64,000 nucleotides of DNA from Myxococcales bacterium (GCA_016792845.1 JAEUKH010000054.1:131708-195707); one strand, 5' to 3'; counted from the first letter of the stretch, positions 24,971 through 34,732 are shown. Notes: generated by a model from the letters alone, not told the origin. A program made the numbers and translations.

Positions 24971-27310
24971 ATGGCGACGGCGAGGCGGCGAGCGAGGCGT
25001 TCAGGCACATGGGTGCTCCTTGGGGGCCTCGTGGGGCGCGTCGCGCGGGCGCAGACGCCTCCTGAGGCGGCGCCGACGGCGAGCCAGGCGGTGAGCCCCG
25101 AGGCGGCGTCGGCGGTGGGCCCGACGGTGAGCGCAGAGGCCCCGCGGCGGGTCGAGGGGGTGGCGCCCGCACCGGGGGCCGCTCAGGCCGTCGAGGGGCC
25201 CGTGCAGAGCGTCGTGGTGCGCGGGCGAGAGCCGATCCGGGCGGCGGGCGACGTCGCGATCACCGTGGGGCGCTTGGGCGAGGTGCCGCGGGCCAACGCC
25301 GCGGGGATGCTCCAGCTCGCGCCGGGGGTCTTTCTGGCCAACGGCTTGGGCGACGGCCACGCCGAGCAGGTGTTTCTGCGCGGGTTTGACGCGCGGGCGG
25401 GGCAAGACCTCGAGTTCACCGTGAACGGGGTTCCGCTCAACGAGCCTGGGCACCCGCACGGGCACGGCTTCGCAGACACCCACGCGATCATCCCCGAGCT
25501 GGTCGAGTCGCTGCGGGTGATTGAGGGGCCCTTTGACCCGCGGCAAGGTGATTTTGCCGTCGCCGGCTCGGCGGCCTACACCTTGCGCGCGCCCGTGCGG
25601 GGCGTGACGGTTCAGCAGCGGTACGGCTCGTTCAACACCTGGCGCACGATGGCCTCGTGGGCGCCCGAGGGGCAGTCTGCGGGCACCTTCGCGGCGGTCG
25701 AGCTCGGGGGCTCTGACGGCTTCGGCGTCAACCGCGCGAGCGAGCGCATGGCCCTCAACGCGCAGTACGAAGGGCGGCTCTCGGGCGGCGCGGTGTGGCG
25801 CGCGCTGGTGGTGAGCTACGGCACCCGGTACCGCTCGGCGGGGGTGCTGCGGCTCGACGACGTGACCCGCGGCGCGGTCGATTTCTACGGCACCCTCGAC
25901 CCCACCCAAGGGGGCGAGGTCACGCGGCACCTCGTGTCGGGCGAGCTCGACACGGGCACCTTCAAGCTGCTCTCGTGGGCCTCGCTGCGGAGCTACCGAC
26001 TCCGCGAGAATTTCACCGGGCAGCTCCTCGACGTGCAGCGCGCCTGGCAGTCGCCGCACGGCCAGCGCGGCGACGGCATCGACCAGAGCGCTGACTCCGT
26101 CGACGTGGGCGCCCGGGCCTCGACGCGCATGCGCACGAGCTTCAGAAGCCTCACCCAATCGCTCGAACTCGGGGTCTACGCGCGGCACTCCAGCGTCGAC
26201 GCCTCGCAGACCCGGCTCCGCAGCCGGAGCGACATCGCCTACGCCCTCGATTACGCCCTCGACAGCCGCCTGAGCAACCTCGGGGCCTACGCCGACGCCG
26301 AGCTAAGGCCGCTGCGCTGGGTGACCCTCCGCGGCGGGGTCCGCGCTGATTTCTACCAGTACAACGTGCTCGACGCGTGCGCCACGGGGGGCACCTCGGT
26401 GCGGGGCGTGGCCCTCGACACGGCCTGCCCCAGCGCCGACCGTTACGGGTACCGCGACCCCGCGACGCGGCGCGCCTCGGGGGGGCTCGCGATTCAGCCG
26501 CGGGCCACGCTGACCCTCGGGCCCTGGCACGGGCTCTCGGCGGCCCTCGCCATCGGGCGCGGGGCGCGCTCGGCCGACCCGGTGTATCTCGGCAACGATC
26601 AGCTCCTGCCCTACAGCCCCGTGACGGCCTACGAGGGCGGCCTGCTCTTTGAGCGGCGCACGCCCGGGTGGCAGCTCCAGGCTCGCGGTCTGGGCTTTTA
26701 CACCCAGCTCGGGCAAGACCTCATCTTCGACGAGACGCAGGGGCGCAACGCGCTCGCCACGGGCACCTCGCGGTACGGCGCCCTCGCCACGGCGCGGCTC
26801 TCGACGGCCTGGGTCGACGTCTCGGCCCACGTCACCTGGGCCCAGGCGGTGTACGACGACACGGGGCTGCGGGTGCCCTACGTACCCGAGCTCGTGGCGC
26901 GGCTCGACGGGGCCGTTCAGCACGCCTTGCCTGCCTCGATCCGGGGGCGGCGCCTGGTCGCCTCAGGGGCCCTCGGGGTGTCGTTCATCGGCCCCCGCCC
27001 GCTGCCCTTCAACGAGCGCGGCGACGCGGTCTTCACCGTCGACGCGAACGCCTCGCTGCGCTGGTCGTACCTCGCGCTCGGGCTCATCGCGCAGAACGTC
27101 TTCGACGCGCGCTACCAGTGGTCGCAATACAACTACGTGAGCGACTTCGGGAGCCGCGACTTCCCCACCCTGGTTGCGGCCCGTCACTTCACCGCGGGCA
27201 CGCCGCGCACCCTGCTCTTGACCGTGACCCTCTACCTCGGCGAGACCGCGCGGAGGCACGGCGCCCCGAGCCCTCACGGCGCCGCCGCGCCCCAACCCGA
27301 GCCGAGCTGA
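24971..27310 (+). CDS. TonB-dependent receptor
   Basis: ORF 24971-27310. Signal peptide, then plug region VVVRGREP...GMLQLAPGVFLANGLGDGHAEQVFLRGFDARAGQDLEFTVNGVPLNEP, then a long beta-barrel with alternating strands. Confidence 0.85.
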   Translation: MATARRRARRSGTWVLLGGLVGRVARAQTPPEAAPTASQAVSPEAASAVGPTVSAEAPRRVEGVAPAPGAAQAVEGPVQSVVVRGREPIRAAGDVAITVGRLGEVPRANAAGMLQLAPGVFLANGLGDGHAEQVFLRGFDARAGQDLEFTVNGVPLNEPGHPHGHGFADTHAIIPELVESLRVIEGPFDPRQGDFAVAGSAAYTLRAPVRGVTVQQRYGSFNTWRTMASWAPEGQSAGTFAAVELGGSDGFGVNRASERMALNAQYEGRLSGGAVWRALVVSYGTRYRSAGVLRLDDVTRGAVDFYGTLDPTQGGEVTRHLVSGELDTGTFKLLSWASLRSYRLRENFTGQLLDVQRAWQSPHGQRGDGIDQSADSVDVGARASTRMRTSFRSLTQSLELGVYARHSSVDASQTRLRSRSDIAYALDYALDSRLSNLGAYADAELRPLRWVTLRGGVRADFYQYNVLDACATGGTSVRGVALDTACPSADRYGYRDPATRRASGGLAIQPRATLTLGPWHGLSAALAIGRGARSADPVYLGNDQLLPYSPVTAYEGGLLFERRTPGWQLQARGLGFYTQLGQDLIFDETQGRNALATGTSRYGALATARLSTAWVDVSAHVTWAQAVYDDTGLRVPYVPELVARLDGAVQHALPASIRGRRLVASGALGVSFIGPRPLPFNERGDAVFTVDANASLRWSYLALGLIAQNVFDARYQWSQYNYVSDFGSRDFPTLVAARHFTAGTPRTLLLTVTLYLGETARRHGAPSPHGAAAPQPEPS

Positions 27311-27311
27311 C

Positions 27312-28124
27312 ATGCACACCTCACTCTCGCATCGGGCGCGCATCGCGCTCTTGGCCTTGGGGCTCTCGGGCTGCGGCGACGCGGGCACGGGCAACGCCCG
27401 GGTGCACTTCAACGCCCAGGTCGGCGGCATCGCAGAGGGCGGGTCGAACACCGTCACCAACGACCAGGGCTGGGCCGTGACCCTCACCGAGGCGCGGGTC
27501 GCCTTCGGCCCGCTCTACCTCAACACCATCACGCCCCTCGAAGCCCGGCGCGGCCCACTTGAGCGGCTGAGCGATTTCGTCATTTCGCCCGCGTGGGCCC
27601 ACGGCGAGACCCACCTCGCGTCGGGGCGCATCGCCGCCCAGGTCACCGCCCAGGTCGTGATCGACGCGCGGGCGCCCACCCTCGTGAGCATCCCGGGCGG
27701 CGGCGACGGCATCAACCTCGACGTCGAGAGCGCCGAGGTCTGGTACTACAACAGCACCGCCGAGGGCATGAACGGCGCGGCCATTCGGGTGCGCGGCGAG
27801 GCCACCCGGGCGGGGGTCACGGTGCCCTTCCGCGGCGCCCTGGTCATCGACGCGGGCATCACCGGGCCGCAGCTCACCCTCGACCAGGCGCGGCGCGTGA
27901 GGGGCATCCCCGCGGCCCTCACGGTGCGCGACGGGGGCACCCTCACCGTGCGCATCAGCACCCAGCGCTGGTTCGACGGCGCCGACTTCTCAGAGCTGGC
28001 CGCGCAGCGCTCCGAGGGCAGCGCCGACCCGGTCACCTTCGGCCTCAGCGACAACGTCGGCCGGGCCTTTCTCAACAACGTGCGACGAGCCCGCGACGTG
28101 TTCGCGGTGCAGTTTACAGACTGA
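27312..28124 (+). CDS. hypothetical lipoprotein
   Basis: ATG 1 nt after the receptor stop. Lipobox IALLALGLSGCGD. Confidence 0.65.
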   Translation: MHTSLSHRARIALLALGLSGCGDAGTGNARVHFNAQVGGIAEGGSNTVTNDQGWAVTLTEARVAFGPLYLNTITPLEARRGPLERLSDFVISPAWAHGETHLASGRIAAQVTAQVVIDARAPTLVSIPGGGDGINLDVESAEVWYYNSTAEGMNGAAIRVRGEATRAGVTVPFRGALVIDAGITGPQLTLDQARRVRGIPAALTVRDGGTLTVRISTQRWFDGADFSELAAQRSEGSADPVTFGLSDNVGRAFLNNVRRARDVFAVQFTD

Positions 28125-28179
28125 TCGACTGGTTACGTTACCAGGTCACCAGAACAACCCGAAAGAGTCAGGATTCACC

Positions 28180-29388
28180 ATGCAGAGACACGCACGGCTC
28201 GGCGCCACGGCGCTGGGGCTCATGGCATCGTTTTACCTTGTCGGTTGCGGCGATACGTCACCCTCGGCGGGCGACGCGGGGGCGAGCGACGGAGGCGCGA
28301 CGGTGCCCGCTGACGGCGCCCTCCCTGAGCGATTCAACACCCCGATGACGCCCGCGTTTGGTAGCATGACCAACGACCCCCGGGCGATCTTGGTGACGGT
28401 CTCGGGCGAGGCCGCGGCCACCGAGGGCTTCGCGTACTCGGCCACCCCCGCCGAGGGCGACCTGGTCTTCGTCGACGGCTGGCAGGTCAACATGACCCGG
28501 GTGCTCACCGTGATCGGCAACGTGCGCCTGAACCGCCTCGGCAACATGCCCAGCGACCCCTCGGTGGTCGGCGCCGCGGTGGCCGCTGACCCGCGCAGCT
28601 TCGCGGTCAACCTCACGCGCCCGGGGCCCATCGAGGGCGCAGGCGGCGAGGGCAGCGCGTGGCCCCTGGTGGCCTTTCGCAACGGCGTGAACGGGCTCAC
28701 CCTCGACCCCGCCCAACGCTACGCCTTCTCGTACGATGTCATCGCGGCCACGGCGGCCGCAGAGAACGTCAACCTCGACGCCGACGACGTCGCCCTCTAC
28801 CGCACGATGATCACCCGCGGCTGGAGCGTCTACGCCGAAGGAACCGCCACGTACCGAGGCCAGGCGCCCGAGGCCACCAGCGCCTTCGCGAGCTTCCCCA
28901 CGACGGTGCGCTGGCAGGTCGCGTACGGTGCGCCCGCGGCGTACCTCAACTGCAACAACCCCGACAACGGGGCCGAAGGGGCGCCGGGCGTCCAGCCGTC
29001 GGCCAACGGCGCGTACCGCGCGCAGATCACGTTTCACCTCGAACATTGGTTCTGGGGCGCGCTCCAGGTCGAAGACCCGCCGCTGCATTTTGACCCCTTC
29101 GCGGCGCGGGCCGCGGTGACCGGCGCCCAAGGCGAGGTCACCCTCGACGCCCTCCAAGGTGTGGTGCCCTCGAACCTCCAAGACCGCATGATGCGCCCCC
29201 TCGGCGACCGCGGCGGACAGACCCGCGGATACACCGTTCGCAACCCCGCCGCGCTCAGCTTTGACACCGGCGGTGTGTCATCGGTGCGCGACCTCCGCGA
29301 CTTCGTGGCCTTCTCGGGCCGGGCCAACGCGCACCTCAACGGCGAGGGCCTCTGTTTCGTGCGCCCAATGGGTGAGCTGCGATTTTGA
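28180..29388 (+). CDS. hypothetical lipoprotein
   Basis: ORF 28180-29388. Lipobox ALGLMASFYLVGCGD. Confidence 0.65.
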   Translation: MQRHARLGATALGLMASFYLVGCGDTSPSAGDAGASDGGATVPADGALPERFNTPMTPAFGSMTNDPRAILVTVSGEAAATEGFAYSATPAEGDLVFVDGWQVNMTRVLTVIGNVRLNRLGNMPSDPSVVGAAVAADPRSFAVNLTRPGPIEGAGGEGSAWPLVAFRNGVNGLTLDPAQRYAFSYDVIAATAAAENVNLDADDVALYRTMITRGWSVYAEGTATYRGQAPEATSAFASFPTTVRWQVAYGAPAAYLNCNNPDNGAEGAPGVQPSANGAYRAQITFHLEHWFWGALQVEDPPLHFDPFAARAAVTGAQGEVTLDALQGVVPSNLQDRMMRPLGDRGGQTRGYTVRNPAALSFDTGGVSSVRDLRDFVAFSGRANAHLNGEGLCFVRPMGELRF

Positions 29389-29399
29389 CACAGCGTCAA
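29385..29399. repeat. palindrome family B, copy B1: TTGACACAGCGTCAA (one arm mismatch), flank GAATGT
   Basis: Read directly. Its TGA (29386-29388) is the stop codon of CDS 28180-29388. Confidence 0.75.
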
Positions 29400-29543
29400 G
29401 AATGTCGCACGACGCGACCGGGGCGTTTTCTGACGGAGCGTTTGCCTGCGTAAAGCGCTGGTAGAATGGGGGCATCTGGGGTAGGTGCATCGGCCGCTGG
29501 CCGCGGATCGAAGACTTACCCCGTGGCAGGCAGAGTGTTGCCC

Positions 29544-31103
29544 ATGATGCGTCGTGATCGTTCTCGCATGGTGGCCCTGGCCCTCGGGCTTGTGGCGGCG
29601 TCGACTCTGGCTTCCCGCGCGGCCTCGGCGCAGCGTCTTGGGCGCACCGAGTTTCGCGCTGACCTCGGTGGCGGCACCACGCTGCACGACCACTACGCGG
29701 CCGATGTGGGGCTCAACACGCCGATGGCGGTGGGGCACATTCTGTTCGGGTTGCACCTCACCGAAGGGCTCTCGATTCAGGGCGGCGGCGGTTGGGGGCG
29801 GTTCTTCTTCGCCGACCAAGACGACACCACCTACTTCGACGCCGTGGCGGGTCTTCGCCTCGGCAGCTTCTCGGGCACCGTGCACCCGTGGATCGACGTA
29901 AACGGCGGCGGCTTCATCACCGACAACACCATGCATCCGGGCGTGCTCGGCGGCCTCGGGGTCGAGTTCGCCATCAACGACACGACGTCGATCGGCCCCT
30001 TCGGTCGCTTCGCGTACGTCTTCAACGGGTACACCGCGCCGACGCTGGTCAACCCGTCGATGCCGTCGAGCCCCGCGAGCGACACCCCCACGCCCCGCGA
30101 CATTTCATACTGGACGGCGGGGCTCTCGGTCACCGTGCGCCCCCCCGATGCGCCGCCTCCGCCGCCTCCGCCGCCTCCGCCGCGTGACACCGACAGCGAC
30201 GGCGTCAACGACCCCGACGACCAGTGCGTGAGCGAGCCTGCGGGGCAGCACCCCGACCCGGCCCGCCGCGGCTGCCCTGCGGCCGACACCGACAGCGACG
30301 GCGTCTTCGACCCCGACGACCAATGCGTGAACGAGGCCGCCGGCGAGCACCCCGACGCCGCCCGCCCCGGTTGCCCCCTCGCCGACGACGACCACGACGG
30401 CGTCTACGGCAGCGACGACCAGTGCCCCACCGAGCCCGCGGGGGCCCACCCGAACCCCGAGCGCGCGGGGTGCCCTGACGGCGACGAAGACCACGACGGC
30501 GTCTTCGACCACGCCGACCAGTGCCGCACCGAGCCCGTGGGCCTGCACCCCGACCCGGCCCGCGCGGGCTGCCCGGCGCCCGACCGCGACCACGACAACG
30601 TGCCCGACGCGACCGACCACTGCCCCGATCGCCCCGGCGCGCCGTCGCCGAACCCGGCCCGCAACGGCTGCCCGGGCCTCGTGCTCGTGACCGACGGCCA
30701 GGTGCGCATCAACCGCCCGGTCTTCTTCGGCAACAACAGCGACGCGGTGCTGCCCACGAGCACGCCGGTGCTCCGCGCGGTGGCCGACGCGCTCGCCGCC
30801 ACGCCCGAGATTCGCCAGGTGAGCGTCGAAGGCCACACCGACGACGTGGGCGACGACGCGCGCAACCTCGACCTCTCACGCCGCCGCGCCGCGAGCGTCG
30901 TGCGCTGGCTCACCACCACGGGCCGCATCGACGCCGCGCGCCTCGTGAGCGACGGCTTCGGCGAGACCCGTCCCCTCGCGCAGGGCACCACCCCCGCGGT
31001 GCGCGCGCAGAACCGCCGGGTCGAGTTCCGCATCGTAGCCTTCGGTGAGGCGCCCGCCGCTGCGCCCGCCGCTGCGCCCGCGACTGCGCCCGCGACGCCC
31101 TGA
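29544..31103 (+). CDS. OmpA-family outer-membrane protein with TSP3 repeats
   Basis: ORF 29466-31103 trimmed to ATG at 29544 (MMRRDRSRMVALALGLVAASTLASRAASAQ). PPPPPPPPP linker. Five repeats DxDxDGVxDxxDQCxxExxGxHPDxARxGCP. OmpA-like end VEGHTDDVGDDARNLDLSRRRAASVVRWL...RRVEFRIV. Confidence 0.85.
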   Translation: MMRRDRSRMVALALGLVAASTLASRAASAQRLGRTEFRADLGGGTTLHDHYAADVGLNTPMAVGHILFGLHLTEGLSIQGGGGWGRFFFADQDDTTYFDAVAGLRLGSFSGTVHPWIDVNGGGFITDNTMHPGVLGGLGVEFAINDTTSIGPFGRFAYVFNGYTAPTLVNPSMPSSPASDTPTPRDISYWTAGLSVTVRPPDAPPPPPPPPPPRDTDSDGVNDPDDQCVSEPAGQHPDPARRGCPAADTDSDGVFDPDDQCVNEAAGEHPDAARPGCPLADDDHDGVYGSDDQCPTEPAGAHPNPERAGCPDGDEDHDGVFDHADQCRTEPVGLHPDPARAGCPAPDRDHDNVPDATDHCPDRPGAPSPNPARNGCPGLVLVTDGQVRINRPVFFGNNSDAVLPTSTPVLRAVADALAATPEIRQVSVEGHTDDVGDDARNLDLSRRRAASVVRWLTTTGRIDAARLVSDGFGETRPLAQGTTPAVRAQNRRVEFRIVAFGEAPAAAPAAAPATAPATP

Positions 31104-31122
31104 GACCCCCCCTCCCTCGCAC

Positions 31123-31156
31123 GACCCCCAGCGGCCGCACCACGGCGTCGGGGGTC
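31123..31156 (+). terminator. possible stem-loop after the OmpA gene (GACCCCC ... GGGGGTC, 20-nt loop)
   Basis: A 7-bp GC stem read directly, followed by TCGCGTTTGG. The loop is long and the U-tract weak. Confidence 0.3.
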
Positions 31157-31182
31157 TCGCGTTTGGGCCTCGCGACCCGTTC

Positions 31183-31197
31183 TTGACACTCTGTCAA
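31183..31197. repeat. palindrome family B, copy B2: TTGACACTCTGTCAA
   Basis: Read directly. Intergenic, between the OmpA gene and the vWA lipoprotein gene. Confidence 0.9.
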
Positions 31198-31273
31198 ATC
31201 TCTCGCCGAGAGTTCACCGCGAAGTGCCCGGGCGATACCCACTTGTCACCGAGGGCTGTGCTAGAGACGGGTC

Positions 31274-32578
31274 GTGCGACGCTTCAATCGACTCTCTTGG
31301 CTTGGGCTCTTGTTGTGCGGCTGTGCGGGTGACCCTGTACCCTTCACAGAAGAGCCGCTCGACGCCGCGGCGGGCGACGACGCCTCGGGCGAGGTCGACG
31401 CGGTCACACCGGTCGACGACCTCGTCGCGGTGACCGACACGGTCTTCACCGCCGACGTGCCGCCGGTGACCCGCGACGTCTCGGCGCCGCGCGACATCAA
31501 TTTTGCAGAAGACGCCACCTGCACGAGCGTCTCGGCCAACGCGCAGATCGAGCGTCAGCCCGTCGACATCATCTGGATGGTCGACAACTCGACCAGCATG
31601 GCGCCCGCCATCGACCAGGTCATCATGGGGCTCAACAATTTCGCCCAGGTGATCGGTCAGCGCGGCCTCGATTACCGGGTCGTGATGCTCTCGCTGCGCA
31701 ACATGACCCGCAACGTTACCGTCAACGGCGGGCGGCGCTACGCCGTGTGCATCCCGCAACCGCTGGCGGGTGACGCCCGCTGCGGCAACGGCCCGCGCTT
31801 TCGCCACGCCTCGATCGACATCCGAAGCACCCAGCCGCTCGAACAGATGCTCGGGAGCCTCGCCCAGACCACGGGGTACACCGCCGACGACGACCGCGGG
31901 GGCGAAGTCTGGCGAGACTTTCTGCGGGCCGGGGCGAGCAAGACCTTCGTGGTGGTCACCGACGACAACTCGCGCTTCTCGGCGACCCAGTTCGAGACCT
32001 TTCGCGGGGGCCAGAACCCCTTCACAAGCACCCTGCGCCTGCCCCCCGGCGTGCTCGACCCTTCATGGAACGGCCTCTTCGCCAACTACACCTTCGCGGG
32101 CATCTACGGCTGGGGCAGCGAGACCAACCCCGACACCCGCTGCACCTACACCGGCACGACCACGCAGCCCTCTGCGGCGGGCACGGTCTACACCCAGCTC
32201 ATCGCCCGCTCGAACGGCGTCAGGGCCCGCATCTGTGATGGCGCCACGGCCTGGGGGCCCTTCTTCAACGCCATCGCCACCGCCGTCGACCGCGCCAGCC
32301 GCATCGAGTGCGACCTGGCCATCCCGAGGCCCCCAGACGGCTCGGTGCTCGACCCACGACGGGTCAACGTGTCGTTCTCCGGGAGCGTCAACACCCGCCT
32401 CGGCCGCGTGCTCGGCGCCACCGCCTGCGGCCCCGCGGGGGGCTGGCACTACGACAACGAGCAGTCTCCGACCCGGGTGGTGCTCTGCCCCGCCTCGTGC
32501 CAGTCGGCCCAAGAGCTCGTGCGAACGGGCGACACCACCGTGACGGTGCAGTTCGGCTGCCTCAGCGTGCCGGGGTAG
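31274..32578 (+). CDS. lipoprotein with a von Willebrand factor A-like domain
   Basis: GTG at 31274. Lipobox LGLLLCGCAG. MIDAS-like segment DIIWMVDNSTSMAPAIDQVIMGLNNFAQVI. Later TFVVVTDDNS. Confidence 0.7.
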   Translation: MRRFNRLSWLGLLLCGCAGDPVPFTEEPLDAAAGDDASGEVDAVTPVDDLVAVTDTVFTADVPPVTRDVSAPRDINFAEDATCTSVSANAQIERQPVDIIWMVDNSTSMAPAIDQVIMGLNNFAQVIGQRGLDYRVVMLSLRNMTRNVTVNGGRRYAVCIPQPLAGDARCGNGPRFRHASIDIRSTQPLEQMLGSLAQTTGYTADDDRGGEVWRDFLRAGASKTFVVVTDDNSRFSATQFETFRGGQNPFTSTLRLPPGVLDPSWNGLFANYTFAGIYGWGSETNPDTRCTYTGTTTQPSAAGTVYTQLIARSNGVRARICDGATAWGPFFNAIATAVDRASRIECDLAIPRPPDGSVLDPRRVNVSFSGSVNTRLGRVLGATACGPAGGWHYDNEQSPTRVVLCPASCQSAQELVRTGDTTVTVQFGCLSVPG

Positions 32579-32582
32579 AAGT

Positions 32583-32597
32583 TTGACAGCGTGTCAA
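32583..32597. repeat. palindrome family B, copy B3: TTGACAGCGTGTCAA (7-bp arms over 32582-32598)
   Basis: Read directly. Intergenic, 5 nt after the vWA gene stop and next to the terminator hairpin. Confidence 0.9.
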
Positions 32598-32602
32598 AAC
32601 AC

Positions 32603-32636
32603 AAGGGCCCTTTCACTGTGAAGCGAAAGGGCCCTT
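32603..32636. terminator. bidirectional intrinsic terminator hairpin
   Basis: AAGGGCCCTTTC (32603-32614) pairs perfectly with GAAAGGGCCCTT (32625-32636), with a 10-nt loop. On the minus strand the stem is followed by GTGTTTTG. It lies between convergent genes 31274-32578 (+) and 32667-33230 (-). Confidence 0.65.
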
Positions 32637-32666
32637 TGGTGGCTCAGCGCGGTGACCGCGAGGCGT

Positions 32667-33230
32667 TCAGATGGTGAGGCCGCTCTCGATGTCAGCGAGC
32701 TTGATGCGCGCGAGGGCCAAGTTGGCTTGAGCGCGGTTCAGCGCGAGGTACATGAAGAGGTTCGGGTGCCGGCCGAGCGGGCGAATGAGGTGATACTGCG
32801 AGGTCAGGGTGATGAGAATGTCTTCAATGCGGTCGGGGAGCTTGAGGGCATTCTTGGCGTTCATCTTAGCGCGCATCACTTCGGTGTTGGCCGCCGCGGC
32901 GAGCTCGATCGGGAAGGACATCGCCTCTGCGGTGCCGAGGGTCATCCCGGTCTCGTAGTCGACCAGCGCGACGGCGAGGGCCCCGGGGATTTCAAGAGCC
33001 TTCTTCAGCGATTCGGTGATCTCAGCCATGTTGCCTTCAAACCTCGGGGGCAGTGACGCCGGGGGCGTCGGGGGTTGGGGAGGGGGCGGAGGCGCCGGGC
33101 GGGGCGCCACCCACACATCGTCGGGACGCGTCGCGACCCAGCCAGCATCACCCTCGCTTGAGTCTTCAGTGAGCCCGAGGAACGCTTCAAGCAAGCTTTC
33201 AACGGGTTGGGGGCTGCGTGTTCGCGACAT
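32667..33230 (-). CDS. Roadblock/LC7 (MglB-like) domain protein with a Pro-rich N-terminal extension
   Basis: ORF 32667-33281 with ATG at 33230. The core LKKALEIPGALAVALVDYETGMTLGT...ILITLTSQYHLIRPL fits Roadblock/LC7. The N-terminal 65 aa contain PRPAPPPPPQPPTPP. Alternative start at the MAEITESL codon. Confidence 0.7.
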   Translation of the reverse strand: MSRTRSPQPVESLLEAFLGLTEDSSEGDAGWVATRPDDVWVAPRPAPPPPPQPPTPPASLPPRFEGNMAEITESLKKALEIPGALAVALVDYETGMTLGTAEAMSFPIELAAAANTEVMRAKMNAKNALKLPDRIEDILITLTSQYHLIRPLGRHPNLFMYLALNRAQANLALARIKLADIESGLTI

Positions 33231-33463
33231 GTTGTTCGACCCTTCGTAGAGTGTACGAATACAGGACAATTGGCCGTACACCAGACGAAATCGGGTCGAA
33301 AAACTTCGAGTCGTATCGATTCTTTCTTGAATTCATCTCTTCGCCGTGATTGCCCCACCACAGTCGCCAATGTGGTTGCGCAACTCGGTGCGCAAAAACA
33401 CCCGATTTGACCCCGAAATGGTGTCGCTCTGTGGCGCGTAGGCCGCGTCTGTGAGGCCTGATT

Positions 33464-34732
33464 TCAGGGCTTGAGCGAGAGCATCACGTCGACGCCGACG
33501 AGCGCGAAGACCACGAGCCACATCACGACGGCGATGATGATGCGGGTTTTGTGCTTCTTTTGAAGCGCCGCGAGGGCCTCGGCGTGGGCCTGCCGCAGCT
33601 GCGCATCGCGCGTCTGAGACTGCGCCTCACGCTGCTGCGCTTGCTGCTGAAAATACTGGCCTTGCTGCCAGCTCTCTTGCTGCAAGCGATGCACATCGGC
33701 CTGGTGCGCGTCGCGCGACTCTTGGAGGCTCTGTTCGAGCCCGCGGCGCGTCTCGTCGGCCTCGCGGCGCGCGGTCTCGAGGGCCTGCGCGGTCTCGTCG
33801 AGGCGCTGCTGGGTCTCGCGCAGTGTGCGCGTGAGGCGCTCGTGTTCGGCCTTCTCGCGGGCCTCTCGCTCGCGCCGCTGTCGGTCGGCCTCGCCGCGCT
33901 GGGCTTGCGCCTCTTGGAGCCGGAGCTCTCGCTCCTGGCGCTCTCTCTCTTGCAGATTCCACGCGGCCCAGGCGGCCTGGTTCGCGGCCTCTTGCTCAGA
34001 CTGCTCTCGCTGCTGTTGCACCATCGGCCGCATCGACGAGGTGCCCTCGAGCAGCAGCCACCACGGCTCGATGCGCCCCGGCACCGGCTGCCCCTGCGCG
34101 AAATAGAGCAAGACCCGCAGCGGCACCACCCGCGCCGCGAGGCTCTGCGGCAGCGCAAACGCTTCGCGCTCGCCGCAGCGCTGACACTCCGCCGACGAGC
34201 GCCCCTGAGAGAGCATCCGAAGGGTCACCGGCGAGGCGCAGCGCGTGCAGAGCGGCGCCCCGGCACCGCAGCGCATCTGCATCGTCGACTGCAACGGCAC
34301 CCGCTCGCTCGGGAGCCGCGCCGTCGCCAACGACTGCCCCACCTCGGCGAAGGGGTTGAAGGCCCCGAGCGCGGCGTTGGTGCCGAAATAGTCAGGGTGC
34401 CCGAGGTCGACCACGGCGTGCGCGAGGTGCACCACCTCGTCCCACCAGGCGACGTCGAGGAGCGTGCGCTCGCCGCAGGCGTGACAGCTCAGGCCCTCGT
34501 CGATGGCGCTCGGCGAGGGGGCCAACACCGTCGCGCAGCGCGGGCACGGCACCGTCAGCTCAAGCCGCGCCCAGGGCCGCCCCGGCAGGAGGTTCGGCAC
34601 CGTGTGACCGCGCACCCCCAACGGGCTCTGGCAAACCTCGCACTGCCCCGCAGCCCCCGGCGCAGCGACCCCGCACACCGGGCAGACCCGAATCTCGTTC
34701 GCGAACTGGCTCACCGCGCCCGGAGGGTGCAC
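33464..34732 (-). CDS. hypothetical multi-zinc-ribbon, coiled-coil, tail-anchored membrane protein
   Basis: ORF 33464-34807 trimmed to GTG at 34732 because the upstream gene ends at 34761 (GTG 34714 is also possible). Several CxxC pairs (CPVCG..CEVC, CPRC..CHAC, CTRC..CQRC). About 150 aa of Q/E/R-rich coiled coil. Terminal TM helix IIIAVVMWLVVFALVGVDVML. Confidence 0.65.
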   Translation of the reverse strand: MHPPGAVSQFANEIRVCPVCGVAAPGAAGQCEVCQSPLGVRGHTVPNLLPGRPWARLELTVPCPRCATVLAPSPSAIDEGLSCHACGERTLLDVAWWDEVVHLAHAVVDLGHPDYFGTNAALGAFNPFAEVGQSLATARLPSERVPLQSTMQMRCGAGAPLCTRCASPVTLRMLSQGRSSAECQRCGEREAFALPQSLAARVVPLRVLLYFAQGQPVPGRIEPWWLLLEGTSSMRPMVQQQREQSEQEAANQAAWAAWNLQERERQERELRLQEAQAQRGEADRQRREREAREKAEHERLTRTLRETQQRLDETAQALETARREADETRRGLEQSLQESRDAHQADVHRLQQESWQQGQYFQQQAQQREAQSQTRDAQLRQAHAEALAALQKKHKTRIIIAVVMWLVVFALVGVDVMLSLKP

